A stretch of 64,000 nt of DNA, taken from assembly GCA_000002435.2 (NCBI GenBank), contig CM018790.1; one strand, written 5' to 3'. The first letter of the stretch is position 1. The number at the start of each line of letters is the position of its first letter. This document shows positions 29,201 to 37,700 of the stretch, in pieces. Below the pieces are notes generated by a model. The model worked only from the letters and a program-made list of their open reading frames with translations. It did not search any database and was not told where the DNA came from. A program made the translations under genes and the position numbers. This stretch comes from Giardia intestinalis (lineage: Eukaryota).

Positions 29201-32200
29201 GCGTATTGAAGAAGACTCTCGCGAGGTTGAAGGGTCGCTAGGCGGCCAACGATCTGAAATTCTGCAACTCCATGACCTAGGACTTACTAAGAGAGGCGCT
29301 AGTGTGAGCAGAGAGACATCTGGAGATGATACGGAGTATTCCCTTGCCAGTATTACGCGACGGTATGCTTCAGGAGAGAGCATAGAGCTCCAGCCCACTG
29401 TGGAGTATACCAAATCAAAGTTGGGAAAGCAGACAGTAGCTGTTGAGAAATCTGCCTCCGAAGAAGTCGGGTATGGGGATGTACAGCACTTTAAGGACTT
29501 TACCTTGATGGATCTGCCCCATCAATCTGGCTTTACTACGTTTGATGACCAGCTAGAAGATAACACGCTGCAATCTACATTGCGATCTTTTGATAAGATG
29601 AATTATTCCTTCAAGGATCTCCTCCCGCCGATTCAAGCTCCTTCAGACAACATGAAAGCTCTTCGGAACAAAACTGAAGCCTCACATGAGAACTCTTGTC
29701 CCGCACTAGTTCCAATAAGACCACTGATTGAAGCGGATACGGAATCTGACAACATTTCTGTGTCTAATGATGACATACACTTAACCGCCGCACAGGGCCT
29801 GTCTCTAGCAACGCCAACAGCTGGAGATCAAAGAGGATCGCCTTTGCCGCACTTTTCTTCGACAACCGGAACTCGTCCTCTGGCACGCTCAAATTCGCAG
29901 CTCCACTGGCAGTCAGAGGATAATGCCAAGACGGCCCCTGCTTTCTGTAGTCGCGCAGACTCCACAGACTCGATAGAACCGACGCACCACCAGTTTTCTG
30001 ATGCGGCTAGGTTCAGCATCTCTAAACCTGCCCTTCAAAAGAGTACCGGCTCCATCAAAGGCGATTCGTTCGCCAGTTCCCTGTTGCAATGCAAGCAAAC
30101 GGGAAAGATTCAGCAGCGTGCCTCGTCTCTCTCTCGCACTCCTCAGCAACAACCGCACCGTATCTATTCCCAGCGATCAACCAGTGTGTCTGCCGAACAA
30201 CGGGTACAGAACTTCTTCACCTTCTTTAATACAAGTGCAACAGCGACCCCGACACCAACCAAGGTCGACGCCGTCAAGAATGCGCTTATTCTGGATTATA
30301 CTCAACTCGAAAGCATGACGGCTCCACAGAATGGTGGCCGGCATGGCCGCTCCGTTTCTTTTCTAGCAAGGCCCAAGTCTTCCTGCCAGTCACGTGACAA
30401 TCAGTCAACTGGGTCCAGCCGGCCTCTGTCTACGCTCACCATGCAGAGAAGCCAGTCCACCCTTGAGAGCTGGAACGACCCAACCAGGGGCACGGTGTAT
30501 AGCAAGACGCCTGACTTCACAGAGCAAGATGCGTCCTTCGATCCGTCGACTACCTGTTCCCGGAACAATCTTGTGGCACAGGAGCTATGCATAGACAAGC
30601 CAGAAAACGACGAGTGCTTTCAGTTTGAGGATTGTGACCGCACTAGTACTAGTATTACTGTGTGTACTAATGGGTATAATGACAGACAAGTCTGCGCATA
30701 CCCCCTTTCACAGGAAAGAATTCCCGTAGGGCTACTTAGCTTTCAAATTCTCTTTGGCGTTCTACTACATATGAGGAGGCAGATTGAGTTACTGTGCAGC
30801 ATCTCCAACTTGATCAGTAAAAGGTGCACTGAGGAGATAGGTTTTGCATTCATGGTCACTGGTATGATGCGTTCTCAGAATTATTGTATTGATTTCTTCG
30901 TCATACTCTTCATGTACATAACTTTTTCAATCATTTTGCGCGTAACAAAATTTAATACTATGGCTGTTATTTTCTTTTTTAACTCGAAAGTCTATTTTTC
31001 CAGTATAAAATTTATATACTGGACGATGCTGGGCATAAATATCCTCTGGCAAATCTCCTTCAGCATCTACTTACGATACTATGATGGAGTTAGGAGAGCT
31101 GTCAAAATTGATTTCGATAAGGCCACTGAACGTGGAGAAAATAGCGACAACCTCGGCCGAGATCTTCTTTTCAACAACGTGGTGATCGGGGTTCGGATTC
31201 TGGTCACGCTCACCACTGTTGTGTGCATCTACCTGATCCAATGTTTCTATTCTATTGGATTCTACTCCGCGCTGAATAATTCCATTAACGAAGAACCAGA
31301 CGCGATGGCGCTATTGATATTTTTCATGCTACCATTTCAGTTCTTCTACGTTGTGACTATCCTCTCTACCACAAGCAACTCCGTCTTCTTCATAAGCTAT
31401 AACTTCATTGCTCTCATGGTAGCAACCCTAGTCTTGGTCATAGCATCCTTCTGTGGGCAGATTGAGGCAGTCCTGGTGAACCTTATCATGTTGATCGCTG
31501 CCTGCATCTACTCTAGCACAAAGCTGAGGATTCGCATCAGCATCCTGGATTGGAAGGCATCTGTCGCCAACCAGATCAAGACGTACAAGGAGAGGCTCAA
31601 CCCCATCCTTCCTGGGATGACAATAGATGTCATGATTGCTGCAAAGCAACCAGAAGCTATCTCGTCAACAGAGGGCGTTTTTCAGTTTATAGAGTGCTAT
31701 ATGCGTGATCTTAACCATATGATATGTCTTGCAGAGCTGGAGAAGGCGTCCCAAATACATAGAGTGGGGTCTACTCCCATCACAGACGCCCCTCATAGCC
31801 GTGTCCCGCCCATAGATTTCTTTGCACTTAAACTAGAGCGTGACCTGCTACCGAACACATCTCCATTTATCTCATCAGACGCTGCGCATGACCCAGATGA
31901 GCCTGGCCTCATCGTGGAGACTGGCCAAAAGAACAAGCACTACTGGGAAGACTTTTGCCAGCAGGCACGTGAGACAATAGAGAGCCGTAGCAAGGAGCTC
32001 TATAAAGGATTTGTATATAACATGCACCAGTACTTGCACTTTAGTGATCCACGCTATCTTTCATACGACAGGCCGATCGTCTATTTTGCTCGAGTGGGGT
32101 ACCTGTCCCTCGACATCGTCAATTTCACAAAGCTGAGCTCAGAGCATGACGCTAAGAGCATCCTTCGGTTCCTTGGAGACCTGTTTTCTGAATTTGACAA

Positions 32201-32843
32201 GAGGATTGATCGCGCGCCGCAGCTGAAACAGATAAAGTCTATTGGTGATGCGTATGAGGTAATGGGGCTTCCAGGCATACTGAAGAAGTATGGTAATGCA
32301 GGAAAGAGGAGGAACAAAGACTCATATGGGCAAAAGGAGGACGATAGAATTCTCCAGCTCTATGATGGTCTGCTTTTGCTGGTCATGGCGGGCTTTGGAT
32401 TCATTGAGGATTGCATAGATGTCAGTAGGAAGCACTTCAGTGACAAGGTAGATTACTTGGGGTTGCGTGTCGGGGTTTGCACGGGCGTGGCCTTTGGTTC
32501 ACTCCTTGGCAGCAAGCAATTCAGATTCGACGTCTTTGGCAACGTCCCCGAAGAGGCGGATTTGATTCAGAGCGAGGCCTCCATTAACGCTATCTTCATA
32601 TCATCGGATGTAAAGAAGATTTTGGAAGAGGGAGAGAGCAAGTGGAAGTCGCGATTCCATGAGTACCAGGTAGAGCAGGAGGCGTTGGGAGTGCAGGCGC
32701 TCGACATCCAACACGAGCACCTTTCCTTTACATTTGTTAAGCACGTGAAGGACTCTGTCACTATGTACGAGGTACAGTCCATTAATGAATCACAGAAGCT
32801 CGATCATCTATATTTTCTTTCAAAACCACTCGATCTATCGTAA
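26271..32843 (+). CDS. Membrane class III nucleotidyl (adenylyl/guanylyl) cyclase. It has two transmembrane clusters, two cyclase homology domains and a roughly 900-aa disordered Ser/Thr-rich linker.
   Basis: The track ORF starts at TTG 26184; the first ATG is at 26271 (26358 is also possible). Hydrophobic cluster 1 is at about 26358..26960. CHD1 is at about 27050..27640 (IKSTYTLYMVAAGL; FDVWGDVVNMAARI). Hydrophobic cluster 2 is at about 30720..31530. CHD2 is at about 32070..32600 (LSLDIVNFTKL; IKSIGDAYEVMG; FDVFGNV). Confidence 0.75.
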   Translation: MQKRCLRCQRTSLLSQKVDEITIFYIRVTMQLMAIQAIIMHLVCLPPVFTDIKSPLKRTMVMGFRIVDSFYCTFSVMYLTHMDTHLFCSLCFNLSGVDALVSKCLCVHKKLGALTKVFSVGLLIRCLFAGVIAEQVSPSSIITYLIELCTLLYSMLIGIVIPIPLGIKMLYFLLSQFPMTILSYNLSGNLVIVPTLIATILLVSLISYYFVSFSRKKSFFSIETTRNMVTILGGQIMNLFLNALPSRLVPNVMSGVRMEPTVCLDVCFSYIAVSDAVPSNPGCLVVNAKNADYQKIDEYTKGFMSRLNLYYCLLDFLSECIGVQKIKSTYTLYMVAAGLESILDINYKGPVSGYLLGQDDDQEPQAEQLLLQTDPLAYKLRAEKLKFKQIATFCLAARIAGESLGFNVSAGITKGPIITGMLGQGQANCNFDVWGDVVNMAARIARGFNSGVFIKQDDFYSQLDDSISGSYCRAAISESSLDDDYSVIALKNDLEKKRQDVSKYLPSEDIVRRSREIVYNLPPCYMFGMSFPRMYKGKAGVTWITELVETDYMPWLLRRTFSLAYRNLLLSYISEDSQQTLGLPANPASPRHRVGQSIKQGANTAEAKQLVGMELFEAIKRNLGLEKDDNSHIDNALAVVRQRDQLDALLLELKMYVCDESKNASKSSVVPIKDDHLKILKSLSTLATLESSSATTKPYSTQSPCKDPATSSSFLSDNSLRRVIYCVYSGDYSLLEHGGEFIDLRIYFGLTNFLSHVNLRNEPMFSGKHPIMARLQFPASANQLNILEPRSDSSDDLFDGITNSQLMIETIYKATNVMVDSQFHKSHVSSSIADSSQQRGEDKYRNTSLTLPSSSQDLHSTIRQSTDGISGSAIKSKGRYRKPNNLQISPLPDSAPNAVEEYFFVQPDIKPLALSSFNTSSLRIPETILTPRVLTNQPRHDFHDVVKLGVEKTLRKTARNVLKGQKSFSRTGSNGLLRIEEDSREVEGSLGGQRSEILQLHDLGLTKRGASVSRETSGDDTEYSLASITRRYASGESIELQPTVEYTKSKLGKQTVAVEKSASEEVGYGDVQHFKDFTLMDLPHQSGFTTFDDQLEDNTLQSTLRSFDKMNYSFKDLLPPIQAPSDNMKALRNKTEASHENSCPALVPIRPLIEADTESDNISVSNDDIHLTAAQGLSLATPTAGDQRGSPLPHFSSTTGTRPLARSNSQLHWQSEDNAKTAPAFCSRADSTDSIEPTHHQFSDAARFSISKPALQKSTGSIKGDSFASSLLQCKQTGKIQQRASSLSRTPQQQPHRIYSQRSTSVSAEQRVQNFFTFFNTSATATPTPTKVDAVKNALILDYTQLESMTAPQNGGRHGRSVSFLARPKSSCQSRDNQSTGSSRPLSTLTMQRSQSTLESWNDPTRGTVYSKTPDFTEQDASFDPSTTCSRNNLVAQELCIDKPENDECFQFEDCDRTSTSITVCTNGYNDRQVCAYPLSQERIPVGLLSFQILFGVLLHMRRQIELLCSISNLISKRCTEEIGFAFMVTGMMRSQNYCIDFFVILFMYITFSIILRVTKFNTMAVIFFFNSKVYFSSIKFIYWTMLGINILWQISFSIYLRYYDGVRRAVKIDFDKATERGENSDNLGRDLLFNNVVIGVRILVTLTTVVCIYLIQCFYSIGFYSALNNSINEEPDAMALLIFFMLPFQFFYVVTILSTTSNSVFFISYNFIALMVATLVLVIASFCGQIEAVLVNLIMLIAACIYSSTKLRIRISILDWKASVANQIKTYKERLNPILPGMTIDVMIAAKQPEAISSTEGVFQFIECYMRDLNHMICLAELEKASQIHRVGSTPITDAPHSRVPPIDFFALKLERDLLPNTSPFISSDAAHDPDEPGLIVETGQKNKHYWEDFCQQARETIESRSKELYKGFVYNMHQYLHFSDPRYLSYDRPIVYFARVGYLSLDIVNFTKLSSEHDAKSILRFLGDLFSEFDKRIDRAPQLKQIKSIGDAYEVMGLPGILKKYGNAGKRRNKDSYGQKEDDRILQLYDGLLLLVMAGFGFIEDCIDVSRKHFSDKVDYLGLRVGVCTGVAFGSLLGSKQFRFDVFGNVPEEADLIQSEASINAIFISSDVKKILEEGESKWKSRFHEYQVEQEALGVQALDIQHEHLSFTFVKHVKDSVTMYEVQSINESQKLDHLYFLSKPLDLS
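27050..27640 (+). other. Cyclase homology domain 1 (C2-like: Asn/Arg of NMAARI present, metal-binding Asp positions not conserved).
   Basis: DVWGDVVNMAARI matches the class III cyclase consensus (YDVWGDTVNVASRM). The position of the second metal Asp reads T in IKSTYTLYM. Confidence 0.6.
32070..32600 (+). other. Cyclase homology domain 2 (C1-like: both metal-binding Asp present).
   Basis: LDIVNFT and IKSIGDAYEV carry the canonical Asp residues. The Asn/Arg region is degenerate (FGNVPEEADL). Confidence 0.6.
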
Positions 32844-32848
32844 AAATT

Positions 32849-34783
32849 ATGACGAGTAAGTCTTCGTTTCGAGCTGAGTGTCTGTTAGACACGCGGGACT
32901 TTCAGGCCATAGCGCATCGCCAGGCAGTGGTGCTGGGCGAGCCCATCCCTTCCTTAGATGAAGGTCTCGAGCGCATTAAAGCAAACATTTTTTTGAATAC
33001 CGAGAAGCCGTCAGAGATCCCCACAGAGAGGCTCATCCGCTACCTCTCTGACGTGTCGCAATGCCTTCAGGCCTTTGTTACTAACTCTACACGGGCTCCA
33101 CAGGTTCTTGCCGGGACGGTAAGACACGTTGACTTCTTTGATAAACTCTATGCATTTCTGCGACTCTTGACTGAGAATGGCCGATATCATGAGCTCCTTG
33201 AAGTTGATGCCGATTCCACGTGTTCTTTCCTGCTTTCTGTTGCCGCTTTTCAGAGTGCATTTGCTCGTGAGCCCATCCTTGGCAATCCGGTGACTAGGAG
33301 TTCTTTCTTGTTTAGTGCACAGTCCTTCTTGCTTACTATCTCTTCTGTCTTGTGCCATTTTCCGCTCAATGTGGACCAGCCCATGTCACACATTAGTGTC
33401 ATCATTGGGGATGGAACCGGAAAACTGGAGGTGGCGCACGTGTTAGTTGAGCATGTGCTTATAGTTTCGTCTGCGTTCAATCTATCTGACTCTGTCTCCG
33501 TACCTGCGCAGTTTTTCCAATGGCTTAACAGAGTACTAGTCCACGTAACACCTCTCTGGTCTGTCGAGAACCTGGAGCACCTTCAGCTATGGCACCAATC
33601 AAGACAGTCCGCGGCGGAGGCTTCGTCCCCAGCGGTACACTTGACAGATGCCTTTCCGTGCATGCTTTTCTCGAGCTTACTGCGCGTCTCCCTGTTTCTG
33701 TATAGTCGGCGAGCTGTGGGCTTGAGCACAGAGACCATTGCGCTCACCATATCTAGTGCTTGTGACCTGGTAGCACAGGTTCTGAACACGATTCAAGCGC
33801 TTCGTAATTTGGCCGCTGACGCGCTGGGTTCTGTCGAGCCTGGACGACGCTCAGCTTGTTCTAGATTGTCTCCAGTTAGCTTTCTTGAAGATGCACAGCT
33901 CTTTTCATTTTTCAGCAAGCTCTGTCTGTGGTGTGTGCGACTGTTGGATTGTCTCATCTCACAGATTTTCAAGCCAGATGGGTTCTCTGCGTGCACATAC
34001 ACAGGTCCACACGGTGATGAGTCACCAAAAGCAAGCGACGCTCCCAGACTTGGCTTGGACGTCTTTACGGAGATGTTCTTCCAGCACAATGGTTGGTCTC
34101 TTCTGATGCAGCTCTTGCACTACACAACTGACGGCATTCTTGACGATCATATGGAACCGCCCGTCACTGAGCTCCTTAGTCAGATTACGCACTGTGCTGA
34201 TATGGGTTGGATCAAAGATCACGGCTACCTCTGCTCAGGCTTTTCAACAAGGCTGGCATATATCCTTGTCAAGAGCCATAGCCGAAATGCAAAGCTTGCA
34301 GCGTTCTACACCCTTTGCAACCTCGTCATCGACCAGGGATATGCGTTCGTGGCGGTAGAGCACGTTATAAGCGCATGTATTAAGAACTTCAAATCCACAA
34401 TTTTGACCGTTGTTTACGAAGCGAACCGCCTCCTTGTGCTTCTGCTCCAACTGGGCAAAGTGGAGGACAGGGATGTCTATCAGACTGCCCTCCTACACAT
34501 GATCAACCAAAAGATAACTTCAAAGCTCATTCGATCTTTCATGATGACTGCCCAGTCTGCACAAACCCATCAGACCCTTCCCAAGGAGTTGCGGAAGCTG
34601 GCATCGATGCAGCTCAAGCTTTTCTCCGAACTCATAGAGTGTGGGAAAGAACACGAAGAGTTTATTACACCTATATTCGAGACGAGAGACGAGCTTTCTA
34701 TAGCAATCGAAGAGCTTGACGTGCGAGGTCCAGAAAGTCTCTCCGTTAGTTGCAGACAGCTCATTGATTTAATTTATATGTGA
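32849..34783 (+). CDS. Hypothetical alpha-helical protein of 644 aa.
   Basis: The ATG at 32849 lies only 5 nt after the cyclase stop. The 3' end overlaps the convergent gene 34761..40043 by 23 nt. Confidence 0.55.
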   Translation: MTSKSSFRAECLLDTRDFQAIAHRQAVVLGEPIPSLDEGLERIKANIFLNTEKPSEIPTERLIRYLSDVSQCLQAFVTNSTRAPQVLAGTVRHVDFFDKLYAFLRLLTENGRYHELLEVDADSTCSFLLSVAAFQSAFAREPILGNPVTRSSFLFSAQSFLLTISSVLCHFPLNVDQPMSHISVIIGDGTGKLEVAHVLVEHVLIVSSAFNLSDSVSVPAQFFQWLNRVLVHVTPLWSVENLEHLQLWHQSRQSAAEASSPAVHLTDAFPCMLFSSLLRVSLFLYSRRAVGLSTETIALTISSACDLVAQVLNTIQALRNLAADALGSVEPGRRSACSRLSPVSFLEDAQLFSFFSKLCLWCVRLLDCLISQIFKPDGFSACTYTGPHGDESPKASDAPRLGLDVFTEMFFQHNGWSLLMQLLHYTTDGILDDHMEPPVTELLSQITHCADMGWIKDHGYLCSGFSTRLAYILVKSHSRNAKLAAFYTLCNLVIDQGYAFVAVEHVISACIKNFKSTILTVVYEANRLLVLLLQLGKVEDRDVYQTALLHMINQKITSKLIRSFMMTAQSAQTHQTLPKELRKLASMQLKLFSELIECGKEHEEFITPIFETRDELSIAIEELDVRGPESLSVSCRQLIDLIYM

Positions 34784-37700
34784 GAATGTTTGATAGCTCG
34801 TCTGCCAGACCATTGCAATCGTAGACAGAAGGCCGGGGGTGTTTTTCCATCAGTATCTTACTTGTGTATTTACGCTTAACAAAACAGTCGTATCCAAGCG
34901 AGATTTTATCGGACTGTAGTTTCGATATGACGCCTGCTTGGAGAATCGCTAGATGGATTGGTTGAATCATGGCACTCTGAGTTGAGACGCCCAACACAGA
35001 ATTAGACACAGCCTCAAACGCAGAGCATGCGTTAAGTAAAGCATTATTTCCTAGCATATAGCTTGTTATGAGGCTGGAGTTGACTGAATAAATTATTGAT
35101 CTGAGGAGAGTACAGAACTGGGGAAACGGATTGCCGTTCATGTCAATCTCTTTAACGATGGAGGTGAGGTAATTGTGATGTCTGGAGGGAGATGTGTCCT
35201 CCTCAGGCCTTAGAGGAGTGCTGTGTGCCTCTCGAAGTGTTGAAAAAGTTGAGATGTCGGGAAAAGTGACCTGCTCGTAAGAGCTTCCATAGTCGGATCC
35301 AGATAGTTGTGTCGACACATAGGTCGTTGACTCTTCTATTCTCCTGCTCTTTCCAATCTTTTCATAAAGCTGCGGCCCCGCGTATAATCCTGTAACTGTA
35401 TTGTGTCCACCACTTCCCTCTGCTGATCCGCAAATATCCACAGGACGCTCAGCGGAGCCCTCAACTGGAGATGTTGGAGAGAGATCCTTGCGGAGTTCTT
35501 CGAGCGTCTTCTGCATGACAGGGTTATCAATGTCTAAACCGGCTGGAGAATCTGCTGCAAGAAGAGAGATTGAAATAGCTTCAGGAGAGAGTTGTATCGG
35601 CCCAGGTATAGAGTTCGATCGTCGAATACGCGGACAAAGCGATTCCAAGAACATGCTATCGTCCATGGAAAGCTCGTCGCTGTTCCCATGGTCAAGAAGG
35701 TTTGCTCCAGGCGAGTCGCTAGCTTTGTTCGCTGTTGGGATATCGTAATTCTCTTGTAGCTGGGAGCAAAGAGGAAATAGCGCATCAATTGTCTTCATTA
35801 GTGTGCACACAGTGGGGTAAAATGCTGGATCAGGTGCGCCATTGATCCCCCCTATTTCTCTGAGAAGTGTTGCAGGCATCAGATAGTCGTCAGAAAGAGC
35901 CGTGCTTGGTGCGCAAGATTCTCGGCCACCTTGGTCACAAATGTGAAAGAGTCCTATGTAGTCCTCTATATTTGGGGTTTTCTTAGTCCGGATTTCGTAT
36001 TCAGGAGGTAATATGACACGCCCTTGGGTACCGTCCGGGGGTTCACAGATAGTCTCAAATGTTTCGTTCTGATTGAGTGGAAGGTGAGTGTTTAGTATGC
36101 GTGTGATGGACGGTAGAACAAGTGGGACGCCTTTGTGAACGGGTAGAACAATGTCCTCCATCCGCTTGTCACGAGATGGGTTTGGACTTCCTTGTCCTGA
36201 GGTGGACCCTGATCCAGGCGGGTTAGTTTGGCCAATGCATGTCTTACTCAACTTCTTGATAAAGCCTCCAATGATAGAGTCGTGATCGTATAGATCTCCG
36301 TCGCCCCTCTCGATGTTACTAGCGTCAGAGCTCATATCTATGATAGATTGCATCCCTGGTAGAGTATATGGCTTGATAGCAACAGATGCTGTTTTGTTAC
36401 TCAGATACGTGTCCAGAGTATTGACGTCCTCGCGTAGCATCGTCTCTGGAACGTACGGGCGGACCTCAATTGGTTGGTGAGAAACAGCATCAAAGGTGCC
36501 TTTGTAGCACATAGAATCGTCAATCAATCCAACAGCAGATGCTTCTGAATCGTGCTGAAGTAGGGCCAAGAGCAGATCTGACTGCTGAGTGTTGTGATAT
36601 GCACTTGGTAGCGAGCCGCTGGGCTCTGCAAAACTGCTCTCTACCCCGTCACTGCCAGGGATCGGTGTGTCTGCAGACCCTTTATAGGATAACATGGCCA
36701 GGGAGCCTCTCTGTATCTTGTCTTCGTAGCCCAAGTGTACACTCAATTTAGAGGAAGGGTCTTTCGAATCCACACTTTCTGCATGCGACTTTTCGTGTGT
36801 CTGAATAATGCTTTCGGTCATCGCTTCTAGATTGCGAGATTGTGTGTCAACCTTAGTAGATGAGGAGAGCGAATTGAGATCCATCTGCTCGGTTTCATTC
36901 TCCTTGCAGCTCTCTTGCATATCTGAAAATATCTTAATGTTGAGACTGTTCTGAGCGGACGGCGGGAGCTTGTAGAATGATTTCGCAAGGTAACGATAGA
37001 TCTCGATAAATGCGTCATCCAATGGTTCAAAGGCCTCAAGTGGGTCTTGCTCCGCTGACTCGGCGTCATCACTTATCCCGAAAGCCCCGGATCGCCGTTC
37101 CTGCTGCATGATATTCTTATAAATATCACCTACCTGAAAGTATCCGTAACGAAAGTTGAGAGATTCTCTAACGAAATCCTGATAAAATGTGTACATGACG
37201 GTATCGTATGCAGAGAAGCTATCATAGTGGTGCATCTTGTTTGTATTTTGAAATATGTATTCATCTATGAGCTCACTTTGAAAATTATCTCCAAGAGTAG
37301 TATCACACAGCAGCTTTCCCATTCCTGCCGCTTCTGGAGCCTGTAGCTCAGTGGACTGCATCGAAATGTCCAGAAGTGAACCGTCTCTAGAGACCGGTGT
37401 TGAACACATGTAGTTGTTCATGAGCTCATGCCGAATGTCGTAAAGCGGTTTATAAAGTACCCTATCAGGAATGAGATCTTCAATGCCTCGGAAGGGAACC
37501 TTTATGGGCGCTACAAGGTCTATTTTCCCCTGGAGATCAGTTAGCACATGGGCTGGGAAGAAGTCAGCTGCAGCATCTTGAAGGATTTCGGTTGCTCGAA
37601 TGCAGTTGCTGAACCCAATGGATGAAAAGGTAGCTTGCATGAGCAGATCACAGTACGATTGGAAGGACTTCTGCGTGTATTCTAACGAGGAAACATGTTT

